The notes: generated by a model not told the origin, from the letters alone. 64,000 nucleotides of DNA from Fidelibacterota bacterium (GCA_020354025.1 CP070638.1:1130250-1194249); one strand, 5' to 3'. Positions 30,121 to 39,935 are shown, counted from the first letter of the stretch. Translations and numbers: made by a program.

Positions 30121-31008
30121 GTGGGTTTCGCTGTACCTGAGACTCTTGACCAGGAAGCGGAGGATCTGAGATCGTGGCTCGAGGAAGGTCGCCACGGCAC
30201 CATGACCTGGATGGCCCGGAGGCTTGATAAACGAATCAATCCCCGCGCCTACTACCCACCGGTCGAAACCATCGTCTCCCTGGCCATGAACTATTACACT
30301 GGGCCGGCTGTTAAGACTGTCACTGCTCCCGAACACCCCCGCTGGTCCCGCTACGCCTGGGGGGACGACTACCACCGCCTGCTGAAGGAGCGCTTGAAAG
30401 CCCTGCTGGACGAGGTTGCCACCGCCTTTCCCCGGATTAACGGCATTTCCTGTGTAGACACATCCCCCGTTATGGAGAAAGTATGGGCGGAAAAGGCCGG
30501 ACTGGGCTGGCGGGGTAAGCACACTATCCTTATCACCAGGGAGTACGGTTCCTGGCTGTTTCTGGGTGAGCTATTACTGGATGTGCCCTTGGAATCCGAC
30601 CAATCCTTCGAAGAGGATCTGTGCGGCGATTGCACCGCCTGCCTGGACGCCTGCCCTACCGGTGCCCTCACAGCCCCATACCGGATAGATGTGAGACGAT
30701 GCATATCCTATCTTACTACTATGTACAAGGAGCCCTTCCAACCTGATCAACCTGCACTGCACGGCTGGATCTACGGCTGCGATATCTGTCAGGAGGTATG
30801 CCCCTGGAACCTGCGCTCCGCAAAACCCAGCCCGGAGCCAGCCTTCGCACCGCGAGAGTTTGTCAATACCTATGGTTGGGAGGACTGGGAGGAGCTGAGT
30901 CAGGAGCGATGGGGCGATCTACTTCAGCGCAACGCCGCCCGGTCAATCGGGTACGCCGGTCTACGGCGAAACATTGCTGGCCAGAAACCAGAGCCTGGTG
31001 ACCAGTAA
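30121..31008 (+). CDS. queG: Epoxyqueuosine reductase (tRNA queuosine biosynthesis)
   Basis: Two 4Fe-4S motifs, CGDCTACLDACPTGA and CDICQEVCPWN. The frame is open upstream to 30040 and encodes a QueG-like N-terminus (DNLKRFIREAAARLGFQK) with no in-frame ATG/GTG/TTG. The true start is therefore probably upstream of the GTG at 30121. Confidence 0.85.
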   Translation: MGFAVPETLDQEAEDLRSWLEEGRHGTMTWMARRLDKRINPRAYYPPVETIVSLAMNYYTGPAVKTVTAPEHPRWSRYAWGDDYHRLLKERLKALLDEVATAFPRINGISCVDTSPVMEKVWAEKAGLGWRGKHTILITREYGSWLFLGELLLDVPLESDQSFEEDLCGDCTACLDACPTGALTAPYRIDVRRCISYLTTMYKEPFQPDQPALHGWIYGCDICQEVCPWNLRSAKPSPEPAFAPREFVNTYGWEDWEELSQERWGDLLQRNAARSIGYAGLRRNIAGQKPEPGDQ

Positions 31009-31032
31009 CAAGCAATTGTCAACTGCCCCTGA

Positions 31033-33330
31033 TCAGGAAACCCCATCACCCAGCACCTTCCGTACTTCGATAGCAGGCAGGTAGACCTCATCGGCCTGTT
31101 GCCAGATATCCGCCAGGCGGACGAGTGTCGAGCGGGCGGCATAGGCATCGGTAAGTTTCTGAATCTGGTATAGCTCATACAACACGGACGGGTCATTGGG
31201 ATAGACGGCCAGGAGCTGGTTGATAGTAGCCAGGGCCGCCTCGGGATCGCCCAGCTTCCGGTAGCAGCGGGCTATGTACTTCTGCGACATCAACCGTTGG
31301 GGATATCGCGAGAGTGTGGTGATATAGCCCTGGATCGCTTGGCGGTAGTCCCGGTTGTTCTCATGGATCCGGGCCATGATGAGGTCGTAGGGGATATCCA
31401 CCAGGAATTTGTACTCCTGATAGAAAGCCTCCACCTGGGCTACTTCAGCGGCTGAAATGGAACGGTTTTCCTGTTCGATCTTGAATCCCACCTGTAGTAC
31501 CGGCAGGGCACTGCCTAGGGGATCGGGTAGCTGCTGATTCATCCTCGCCAGCAAAATTTCGGCGGAGTCGGCCAGAGTAGTGCGGGCGAACTTATCGAAA
31601 TGGGACAGTCGGAGAAGCACGCTTGGCACCGGTCCGTGCACCTTGCGTTCCAGGGGCATGCTTTCCCGGGCAACGGCCATAGCCTCCCTGATCCGGCCCA
31701 GCGATTCGTAGGTATTCTCCAGGGGTCGCAGGGCCATGAGCCGGACCTCTTCAATCTGGGCAATGTTAGCGGCCTCGCGAGCCCTATCCAGCGCCTCCTG
31801 GTACAGTCCTCGCTGAAAGAGGAGCTCTGCCTGGTGGGCCATCACCCGGGCCGGATTATGCCCCAGAAGCAAGGCCCGGTCATACACCTGTCCCGCGTGG
31901 TCCGTTTGTCCAAGGAGCTGATACACCTCTCCCATTGCTATCAGGACTTCGGTATCACGCGGATTGTTCTTGGCATAGTCTCGGAGACTTACCAGGGCCT
32001 CCTGGAAATCACCCAGCGCGGCATGAACCTCGGCAATGTCCCGCAATACCAGGTCGTTCTCGGGATTCAGGTTCAGGATGATGCGATATTCCTCCAGGGC
32101 ATCAGAGTAAAAGCCGGTGCGGTTATAGAAGCTGGCCAGTCGGCGGTGGGCTATAATATCATCGGGAAAGAGGGATACATCAAGCATCAAGGCCGACAGG
32201 GCTTTTTCCGGTTCATCCTGGTATAAGTAGTACACCTCCTTGATTGCCCCTTGCAGCCGCTCGGGGACCTTATAGATATATCTCATGGCGGCCTTGATAG
32301 CCTTTTCCGACTCCTGCCCCAGGTACAGGCTCACCTGATAGAGATGAAACTGGGCATGAACTAAGGTGGAATCGAGGTTGGTAGCTGCTGTGAGTGACCT
32401 GGCGGCGCCGGGCAGGTTACTGTGTAGATAGTATTGATCCAGACCATCGATGTAATAGGCCAGAGCCTGGGGATTATCGGATGTAAGTGCCGCCACGGGC
32501 AAATCCTCCACCTCGTCGATATGAGTCCTGGAGAGATCAAGGTCCCCCTTGATATCAATGGAAATTCGGTCGATGATGTTCTCCAGGTCCTCCCCCTCGT
32601 AGCGATGTTTGGCCAGCAAGCGGCCTCCCCTCGTAAGATAGAGACGGGTTTCAACATCGTAGGGCTTGATGGAGTGGACGCTCCCTTCAAGAAAGTGGGT
32701 CAGGTGGAATCTGCGGGCGAGCTCGCGCATGAGGGCCAGGGGAGCATCGCCACCTTCAGCACCGGCCTCCTTCATGGCACGACTCATCTGATAAGGATTA
32801 CGGTTATCAAAGAATAGATCCTGGATGAGATCCAGGTAGATCCCCTCAGGCAGCCAGTGTCCCACCCATTCGGCATCTGGGTCGCCCGTTTCGTTAGCAA
32901 AGAAAAACAGGGCAACCTGTCGACGGAAGTCAGCCTTAGGAACCACCCGTTCGACCCGGGCACCGGTTTCGTCCTCCGCCGTCACCACTAGCGTGGTTGC
33001 GCCCAGGTCCTCTCCTCCAAAAAAAATCAGGATCAAACCAATGGTCAGCATCACATTCACCGGCACCACCACCTTTTCCGCAATGGTCCACTGGTCTTTA
33101 CCCGGTTTACCGTGGGTATAAACCAGAACCAGTACCGAAGGGATCATTGCCCCCAGCGCCAGGAGAACCAGGTCAATGAGATATGGGGAGAGAGCGTAGC
33201 GGTCGACGAGAAAACCAAGAAATTCTAAGGCCACCCAGGAGGCACCCATATAGAGCCCCACCAGCTGGATCACCCGCCGCTCTTTCAGCTCCCGCCAGAG
33301 ACTTTTCCTTAGCTGTAGCTGTTCACTCAC
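31033..33330 (-). CDS. Membrane-anchored tetratricopeptide (TPR) repeat protein
   Basis: 765 aa; N-terminal ~110 aa contains 3 predicted TM helices; multiple TPR-like repeats in the C-terminal half (e.g. ALGDFQEALVSLRDYAKNNP). Function unknown. Confidence 0.6.
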   Translation of the reverse strand: MSEQLQLRKSLWRELKERRVIQLVGLYMGASWVALEFLGFLVDRYALSPYLIDLVLLALGAMIPSVLVLVYTHGKPGKDQWTIAEKVVVPVNVMLTIGLILIFFGGEDLGATTLVVTAEDETGARVERVVPKADFRRQVALFFFANETGDPDAEWVGHWLPEGIYLDLIQDLFFDNRNPYQMSRAMKEAGAEGGDAPLALMRELARRFHLTHFLEGSVHSIKPYDVETRLYLTRGGRLLAKHRYEGEDLENIIDRISIDIKGDLDLSRTHIDEVEDLPVAALTSDNPQALAYYIDGLDQYYLHSNLPGAARSLTAATNLDSTLVHAQFHLYQVSLYLGQESEKAIKAAMRYIYKVPERLQGAIKEVYYLYQDEPEKALSALMLDVSLFPDDIIAHRRLASFYNRTGFYSDALEEYRIILNLNPENDLVLRDIAEVHAALGDFQEALVSLRDYAKNNPRDTEVLIAMGEVYQLLGQTDHAGQVYDRALLLGHNPARVMAHQAELLFQRGLYQEALDRAREAANIAQIEEVRLMALRPLENTYESLGRIREAMAVARESMPLERKVHGPVPSVLLRLSHFDKFARTTLADSAEILLARMNQQLPDPLGSALPVLQVGFKIEQENRSISAAEVAQVEAFYQEYKFLVDIPYDLIMARIHENNRDYRQAIQGYITTLSRYPQRLMSQKYIARCYRKLGDPEAALATINQLLAVYPNDPSVLYELYQIQKLTDAYAARSTLVRLADIWQQADEVYLPAIEVRKVLGDGVS

Positions 33331-33517
33331 AGCCTGAATCTAAACAGTAGATGCCCGATATACAAAAGGCCCGTTGCCATATTATGGGAGCCGGGCAGCG
33401 GATATTTTATACCACCAAACCTGCCTCTATAGACCATGTCCATCGAGAGGAACCCGAGTCCGCTAACCTCATGATACAGTCATCGCTTTAGCCATATGGC
33501 TTACATTGTTTCCCAAT

Positions 33518-33582
33518 TCTATAGTAGTGGTTGAAATGGCAGACACAGGGGACTTAAAATCCCCGGGCTCCAAATGCTGTGC
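33518..33582 (+). pseudogene. Truncated tRNA-Leu(UAA) relic: D-arm, anticodon arm and variable region only
   Basis: GTGGTTGAAATGGCAGACAC is a Leu-type D-arm. The anticodon stem GGGGA/TCCCC (33548-52 / 33560-64) carries the loop CTTAAAA (anticodon TAA, 33555-57). GGGCTCCAAATGCTGTG is variable-arm-like. I found no GTTCRA T-loop, no matching 3' acceptor strand, and a 5' acceptor (TCTATAG) with no partner. Confidence 0.55.
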
Positions 33583-33809
33583 AAGGCCTCGGCATGATGA
33601 GTCTGGAGGATAATCTCTACAGTCGGGGACTGGCGCGCGCTATACAGGACCTGCATAGGAAATTACGCAGAGACGTGAATACATGCAATGCCTTGGATAA
33701 ACAGGAGTTAGAGACACTCAATTTTAGTGTTTAAAGCAGCTGAAACGCCGGATATAGACCCTATCCAGAATCAATATGCACCAAAGCTGAGCAGCCCGAA
33801 GAGTGCCTG

Positions 33810-35390
33810 ATGAACATTAAAACACTGATTATTATCTTAGCTGCCGCTTTACCATTCGCAAGTTGTCAGCATGCAACAACGTCAGAATCCCAAGTAACAA
33901 CCCAACTCCCCTTTGCCCGAGGTTTGCAGAATGCATTGGACTTTGCAGTCAAGTCATCCAACGGAACTGGAGTCTCGGCAGCCATCGTTATTCAAGGTCA
34001 GGGAGCCTGGACGGGCGCAAGCGGATACTCGGACTCTGCAACCCAGATCACGCCCAATATGCTTTTTGATATCGGGAGTATCGGGAAGAACTACCTAGCT
34101 GCTCTGGTTCTCCAACTGGCGGAAGAGCAAGCTCTAAGCTTGGACGATCCGATATCCAGATGGCTGCCAGACTATCCCCACATCGACAACACCGTCACTA
34201 TTCGCCAACTGCTCAATCATACCAGCGGCATCTTTGATTGGGTCGAACATCCTCGATCACCGTTCAGGATACCGTTCGAGGATATCGACTTTGAAGAAGC
34301 CTCATCTCCCGAAGAGATGCTCACATCGTTGGTTGACGAACCTTATTTCTCACCAGGGCGTGGCTGGCACTATTCCACCACAAACTACATTCTGCTCAGA
34401 ATGATTGTGGAGAGAGTGACCCAGTCGAGCATATCCGAAGAGCTGCAACTGCGCTTCTTAGGCCCATTGGACTTATCCCATACCGTTGTCCTGGACTCAG
34501 GGATACGGCCTGGCAGGGATTTCAATGCCGCTCATGCCTGGTGGGACGTTGATGGAGATGGGATTCTTGATGATATTTCTTCCAGATCGACAACCTGGAT
34601 GACTACCAGGTCTCCGGCAATGATGTATGCCACCGCGGAAGATCTAGCCCGGTGGTCGCAAGCTTTCCATAGTGGTGAGCTGCTTAGTCAAGCGTCCATC
34701 GACCGGATGGTGGATTTCCATTACCCGGCGACAGGCGAACCCTACTCCGGTTTTGGGCTTGGGACCGGTGTGTTTAGGCTATGGGGTCTGGAATTTTGGG
34801 GACATCTTGGATGGCAATATGGATATACGGCTGCGATGCTCTATCTGCCAGGAAACTCCACCAGTTTTGCGGTACTGGCGAATGACAACAACATGGCGAG
34901 CATGTATTCTGCCGCTCTTGCTCTTTTGGCCATAGCGGGACTTCATATTTCGCCGATGGGCTTTATTTCTGTGGCTGCCATAATACTTCTACTGATATCC
35001 ACTTTACTCTGGCCTGTTGGCTGGTTGGTTAATCTCTTCAGAAAGCAAGCAGTCCTTCCTGGGAAAGGCATTCCTATTAGACCAAGATTTGCCCGGCCTT
35101 CGCGGATTGTTGCGATAATCGTCATGATCACATTTTTCGCAGTCGCAACGCTCTATGCGCTTTATTCCTTAGATCCACAGGGACCATTGAGCTGGAAGGG
35201 CGGGACAACCATAGCAAGAGCCATATTGTTTCTATTAATTGCGAGTTCTGGGCTCTCGATCAGTCTGATTGTCTTTTCCTTTTTGGCCTGGAAGGACCGG
35301 TACTGGTCACTCTGCGGGCGTATTCACTACACCCTTGTTGTGCTGGCCGCAATGACAGGTGTTTCCTCTTTTTTGGCTCAGATTTTCTGA
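33810..35390 (+). CDS. Serine hydrolase (beta-lactamase/PBP4*-like family) fused to a C-terminal polytopic membrane domain
   Basis: Signal/lipoprotein-like N-terminus (ALPFASC); SxxK motif in FDIGSIGKNY. The C-terminal ~170 aa contains 4-5 hydrophobic helices. Base composition is visibly more AT-rich than the neighbours. Confidence 0.7.
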   Translation: MNIKTLIIILAAALPFASCQHATTSESQVTTQLPFARGLQNALDFAVKSSNGTGVSAAIVIQGQGAWTGASGYSDSATQITPNMLFDIGSIGKNYLAALVLQLAEEQALSLDDPISRWLPDYPHIDNTVTIRQLLNHTSGIFDWVEHPRSPFRIPFEDIDFEEASSPEEMLTSLVDEPYFSPGRGWHYSTTNYILLRMIVERVTQSSISEELQLRFLGPLDLSHTVVLDSGIRPGRDFNAAHAWWDVDGDGILDDISSRSTTWMTTRSPAMMYATAEDLARWSQAFHSGELLSQASIDRMVDFHYPATGEPYSGFGLGTGVFRLWGLEFWGHLGWQYGYTAAMLYLPGNSTSFAVLANDNNMASMYSAALALLAIAGLHISPMGFISVAAIILLLISTLLWPVGWLVNLFRKQAVLPGKGIPIRPRFARPSRIVAIIVMITFFAVATLYALYSLDPQGPLSWKGGTTIARAILFLLIASSGLSISLIVFSFLAWKDRYWSLCGRIHYTLVVLAAMTGVSSFLAQIF

Positions 35391-35458
35391 CCGGAGAGAA
35401 GGAATTCGCAACCGCAAGGGATTATGCAAAAACTATCATAGGGGAAGGAGATCGCCGA

Positions 35459-36421
35459 ATGATCAGGGAAATCACCGCGCAGGAGCTTAACGCCCAGCAC
35501 TTCATAGATGAGCAGGTCAAGGAGATCAGCGATGCCGTTGGAGACGGAACGGCGATCAATGCCCTCTCGGGAGGCGTCGATTCGTCTACGGTCACGATGC
35601 TCGGTCACCGAGCCCTGGGCAAGCGCCTCAGGACCGTCTTCATCGAAAACGGTCTCATGCGCGAGGGGGAGTCCAAACAGGTCACGGATTTGTTCCAAAA
35701 GCTCGGTGTCACCGTTGAGGTTGTCGATGCGCACGAAGAATTCTTCTCTGCGCTCAAAGGAATCACCGACCCGGAAGAGAAACGCGAGGCTATTACCCAG
35801 ACTTTTTATCGAGACGTGTTCGGACACCTGGTCAAGGAAAGCGGAGCGAAGCACCTGCTGCAAGGGACTATCCTGACCGATGTTGACGAGACCGTCGCTG
35901 GAATCAAGCGCCAGCACAATGTCTTCGAGCAGCTCGGGATCGACCCGGAGAATGCTTTCGGTTACCGTATCATCGAACCACTCATTCAGCTGCGCAAGGA
36001 TGGTGTCAGGAAGGTGGGCCAGGCTCTCGGTCTTCCTCCGGAGGTCTTCGAGAGGATTCCATTCCCGGGACCGGCGCTCTCGGCCCGAGTGATAGGCGAG
36101 GTGACGCCGGAACGCATCGATACTGTCCGCAGGGCAACCTTAATCGTTGAGCGGCTGCTAAAAGATACTGGTGCATTTCAGTATATGGCGATCCTTCATC
36201 AAGACCGCGTGACCGGTATGCGCGAGGGCGAGCGCGACTACGGCCAGCAGATTGAAGTACGCTGCTGGGACAGCGTGGATGCGCGGACCGCAACACCGAC
36301 AAGACTCCCGTTCGAAATCCTCGAGCAGGTCGCTCGCGAGATTATACTCGAGATGCCCGGCATTGTCAGCGTAACCTATAACGTTACCCCGAAGCCCCCC
36401 TCAACGCTCGAAGTGGTCTGA
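35459..36421 (+). CDS. GMP synthase ATP-pyrophosphatase subunit-like protein (stand-alone, no GATase domain)
   Basis: PP-loop SGGVDSS; FIENGLMREGE, LLQGTILTDV, IEPLIQLRKDGVRKVG and FPGPALSARVIGEV align by eye with the GuaA C-terminal half. It ends ...KPPSTLEVV where canonical GuaA has ...KPPATIEWE. Confidence 0.7.
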   Translation: MIREITAQELNAQHFIDEQVKEISDAVGDGTAINALSGGVDSSTVTMLGHRALGKRLRTVFIENGLMREGESKQVTDLFQKLGVTVEVVDAHEEFFSALKGITDPEEKREAITQTFYRDVFGHLVKESGAKHLLQGTILTDVDETVAGIKRQHNVFEQLGIDPENAFGYRIIEPLIQLRKDGVRKVGQALGLPPEVFERIPFPGPALSARVIGEVTPERIDTVRRATLIVERLLKDTGAFQYMAILHQDRVTGMREGERDYGQQIEVRCWDSVDARTATPTRLPFEILEQVAREIILEMPGIVSVTYNVTPKPPSTLEVV

Positions 36422-36670
36422 TTATAGCTGCTGAATTAGGAGTAAAGTCAGAGTAAAAGTCGTTTCCCCGGATACGGCCTGGCTACGCGATCACTCCAGA
36501 TACACCACCATTATATTGCCCCACATCAGACTCATGCTCTGAAAGGATGAGCGCTGGGACACTGAGTGTATCGATACCTCCAATTTATTTGACCGTTTTA
36601 GCGTTCTGCCGCATAATTGGCTTGTTGGGCAACCTTTTAACCTCAGCCAACGTCTAAGAGATAAAGAAAC

Positions 36671-37069
36671 ATGAAAGGACTCGAGAATAAAATGAAGTCA
36701 ATTATGAAAAAGTCGCTTTCTATCTCAGGCATCATATTAGCCATGGTGCTATTGATTAATGCTCTGCCAACCGGTGGTGCTAACCGTGTTGTCTTTGAAG
36801 TAGGGAGAACTTACGGCGTGTATGCCAGTGTAGCGGAGAACGAATCAGTCAGTTGCTTCGACGAGGCACTCTGGAGAGCAATAACCAACGTCGCCGACAT
36901 CGAGGCCGAGCTGCCGAGCAATCTGATTACTCTTGAAGTGGAGATTCGCCCGACCAAACATGTTCCTGTACCGTTGCGGATGGTCTTTACTAGAGAGGCT
37001 CTACGTTGGTTGAAAAAAGGAAAATTGACTCCTGACCGTTTTCTTCGGGAATATGTGCGGTTCATCTAA
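36671..37069 (+). CDS. Hypothetical small secreted protein
   Basis: ORF with a signal-peptide-like segment SISGIILAMVLLINALP. No recognisable family. Lower-GC region. Confidence 0.4.
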   Translation: MKGLENKMKSIMKKSLSISGIILAMVLLINALPTGGANRVVFEVGRTYGVYASVAENESVSCFDEALWRAITNVADIEAELPSNLITLEVEIRPTKHVPVPLRMVFTREALRWLKKGKLTPDRFLREYVRFI

Positions 37070-37249
37070 GGGATCTGCAGTTGTTTCGTCCTGAGAATAT
37101 CCTCGGTCTAACCGGCTGTACGGATTCGTTGCCTCGTCCTGCCAACTGTTTACTGCCGCTCTAACTCCTTTCTATAACAACCATTTTTTCTACCGCCAGT
37201 CATGGAGAGGGCGGAGTCTGCTCCTCCAGGCTATGCTCCAACACCGCAA

Positions 37250-37750
37250 TTATTCCTCTCCATACCAGTAATCCACTGGTTTGTCGCTTCGGAGGAACAG
37301 GTCCAGGGTGCGTTTGGATTTGTCCCCGCCTGGTGCGGATCCGGCAAATACACCAACCTTGTTGGAATCTGGGTAACCGTTCACTTCCGGCTCAATCATA
37401 GTGGACACGATGATCAGCCGTAGGTTGCCCTCCGAGCCTGCCACGATAACGTGGGCTCCCTCAGGCCCCACCCGTAGCGCCAGGAAATCACCAGGCTCGA
37501 TGGGGTGCTCACCGTCAGGCAGCCGCACCTGACCCTGACCTTCCAGAACATACACGGCCTCTTCGTTGGCACAATGATAGTGATAGGTATACAGACGCTC
37601 TCCCGGTGGTATCTCGTAAAGACTGACACCCAGTTTCTCCCCACCTGCAGCCTGGCCAAGGGCTTTGCGCCGGAAGAGTACTTTGCCATCCCTGGTATGA
37701 TCGGTCCAGTTGATACTGTCACTATTGATTAGATTGTGCGGTCTTGACAT
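37250..37750 (-). CDS. Cupin-domain protein
   Basis: Cupin motif LYTYHYHCANEEAVYVLEGQG (H-x-H-x4-E-x6-G) and a second motif region. 166 aa. Confidence 0.7.
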   Translation of the reverse strand: MSRPHNLINSDSINWTDHTRDGKVLFRRKALGQAAGGEKLGVSLYEIPPGERLYTYHYHCANEEAVYVLEGQGQVRLPDGEHPIEPGDFLALRVGPEGAHVIVAGSEGNLRLIIVSTMIEPEVNGYPDSNKVGVFAGSAPGGDKSKRTLDLFLRSDKPVDYWYGEE

Positions 37751-37954
37751 ATGCCTCTCCTTTAATTGTATCCCTGCTAATTTACTCTACCCCATCCTAC
37801 GATATCTGCTTATCCATTCCCTTCGATACGATAAACCTCCAACGTAGCCGCTAGTCCCGGGAAAATCCCCCAGTAAACGGGAGAAATGGTGGATCGAATG
37901 ATCTTCCACTCTTCCCCTTCTATACCTCAGGGAGAGGTTCTCACGAAATTAGAT

Positions 37955-38073
37955 GGGTGTGAGTTCTTCTTCGCGCATCTCGCGCATCTCGCGCACCTCG
38001 CGCACCTCGCGAACGACAAGTCGCGTCTACGTGTTTATATTCCGATGCCATGAGGACACCGTCGCAAGATCGC
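37955..38073 (+). repeat. Composite repeat element, copy A: GGGTGTGAGTTC flank, 9-bp tandem array (GCGCAYCTC x4 + GCGAACGAC), AAGTC, conserved downstream boxes
   Basis: Array units: 37973-81 and 37982-90 GCGCATCTC; 37991-99 and 38000-08 GCGCACCTC; 38009-17 GCGAACGAC. Downstream boxes: AAGTC; ATATTCC (38037-43); GCCATGA (38047-53); GATCGC (38068-73). The architecture matches copy B at 45795-45896. Confidence 0.8.
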
Positions 38074-38289
38074 AACGTTGATGCTTCCATCGCAAATTTT
38101 CAGGGTGGAAAATTCATCACCCCGGATTCGCGCTTCCCGTCGGGAAAAAACTCTATAATGCGGAATTCTGGTGGGATTTTGCGGAATTTTTCGCCGGTCC
38201 CGTCTTTCCCATCTATTACCGGCAGTTCTCCTTATCCCCTGTTAACCGTCACCACCTGCAGCCAATCCCCTTCTGCTATTGCCGCCTTC

Positions 38290-39663
38290 TCAATCCTCCA
38301 CCATCTGGCCCATGAAGTGATGGATGCCTGGCAGGGTCTCGCAGTTGAAGATCGCCTCCTTGATCCGGCTGCGATCTTCATCGGTCAGATGGGAAGCCGT
38401 AAGGGCGGCGAACTTGTCGTCAAGGTCCTCTTCAGTCATCGGCTCCCGGGGATCACCCTTTGGGTATTCAAGGTAGACCGAGTGCTCTCGGCCATCGGTG
38501 GTGTGGATGGTGACCCGCGACGGCTGCTTTTCCGGGAAAAGCTGCTCAAATTCCTCGCTGGCCTCCCCCTTGATCTTGTGGATGAGCTCCTTGAGGCGCG
38601 GGTCCTGGATATTCTCGTCATCGAAGGTCTGGGTGGTGATCTTTCGGTCTAGAATAGCCCGTGCGATACAATAGGGCAAGCTATGGTCGGCGGTCTCACG
38701 GCTGGTGGGTTCGTACTTATGAGGGTCAAATAGGATATCACAGGCCCGGGCGATAGTCGTTACCCGCACTTCATCAACCTGCTCAGGCTGGACATCATTT
38801 TCGATAACCGCCCTCAGAGTGGCCGTGATATGGGTGTGCGTAAGGGCTTCGGTGGGGAAGGCCTTCATGGAACACTCCATAATCTTGAAGGTGTTTCCCA
38901 GATCATCCACAAGTTTCGTCATGTCCCAGTCGGGACCATAAACCTCCATGAGCCCCTCTTTGCCCTCGAAGACCTCCTCTGTACCGGTGTAGTCTTCTTT
39001 AGCCATGAGGGCGGCGAAAACCCCTGCCTGTACTGCCAGGGGATCCACCGTGTTCTTCATCATGGTCAGCTTGCCGGCAGTAGGGCAGCCGATGGTGTGG
39101 CTGTGACTGCCGGAGATGCCGATGGCGTTGACCAACTGATCTTCGGACAGGCCTAGCAGTTTCCCAGCCACTAGTGGCGAGACGAACTGGGTTATGGTAG
39201 CGTGATGCCACTTGCGCTCCCTGAGGCCTGGTACGGCGAATTCACACAGGCGCTGTTCAAACTCGTAGGCCAGCACGACCGCCACGATGATGTCTTTCAT
39301 GGTCGCACCAACCAGCTCGCCAATGTTCAGAGCGGCGGGGATGAGGTCTGAGGGATGGGACGGGTCCTCTTTCCAGTAGATATCGTTGAAGTCCAGGGCC
39401 CGGATGGCCAGGGAGTTGACGAGAGTGGCGTTGACAGCAGGCATGCGCTCTCCACTCACCAGTAGGCTGGCCTCACTCGTCCCTTCCATTTGGCGGTAGA
39501 TTTTGCGCATGATCTGCACATCCCTGGTGTAAAACCCGCCGAAGGCGCAGCCAATGGAATCATACAGGTACCGCTTGACCTCGTGAACCACATCGGCGGG
39601 CAGGTCGTCATATTGCAGATCGAGAGTGAATCGCGCCATCCGACGGGAAATGCTTATCTCCAT
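38290..39663 (-). CDS. MmgE/PrpD-family protein (2-methylcitrate dehydratase-like)
   Basis: 457 aa. The N-terminus ...RFTLDLQYDDLPADVVHEVKRYLYDSIGCAFGG is typical of the MmgE/PrpD family. No other prp genes are adjacent. Confidence 0.7.
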   Translation of the reverse strand: MEISISRRMARFTLDLQYDDLPADVVHEVKRYLYDSIGCAFGGFYTRDVQIMRKIYRQMEGTSEASLLVSGERMPAVNATLVNSLAIRALDFNDIYWKEDPSHPSDLIPAALNIGELVGATMKDIIVAVVLAYEFEQRLCEFAVPGLRERKWHHATITQFVSPLVAGKLLGLSEDQLVNAIGISGSHSHTIGCPTAGKLTMMKNTVDPLAVQAGVFAALMAKEDYTGTEEVFEGKEGLMEVYGPDWDMTKLVDDLGNTFKIMECSMKAFPTEALTHTHITATLRAVIENDVQPEQVDEVRVTTIARACDILFDPHKYEPTSRETADHSLPYCIARAILDRKITTQTFDDENIQDPRLKELIHKIKGEASEEFEQLFPEKQPSRVTIHTTDGREHSVYLEYPKGDPREPMTEEDLDDKFAALTASHLTDEDRSRIKEAIFNCETLPGIHHFMGQMVED

Positions 39664-39935
39664 ACCACTTCCTTCAAGTGATTTAATCCTTAAAGACCCA
39701 TAGAATATAAAGATTAAGTCTCGGTAATTCTATTGTGTTCGCAAAGGTATTGAGTTTGAGATTGAGAAAGAGGTAGTTGGACATCCCAGATAAAGTCTAC
39801 CCGTACTGATCAGAGTAAATCTGACTGGATTGGTGAGTTTCTAAGGAGGGTGGAGATTAGGCGTAAGCAGTATTGGATAGCGGTCAGCCGTCAGATCTCA
39901 GCTACTGACGACGGACGACTGATAACGGACAACCG

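Noticed and set aside
33518-33600. An intact tRNA-Leu gene
   Set aside because: Only the D-arm, anticodon arm and variable region are recognisable. I could find no T-loop (GTTCRA) and no 3' acceptor strand complementary to the 5' end, so I call it a relic or pseudogene. tRNAscan should confirm this.
38050-38652. 200-aa plus-strand ORF starting in repeat copy A and running antisense into the prpD-like gene
   Set aside because: More than half of it overlaps a well-supported MmgE/PrpD-family gene on the opposite strand. Its composition is low-complexity Pro/Ser-rich and it has no motifs.
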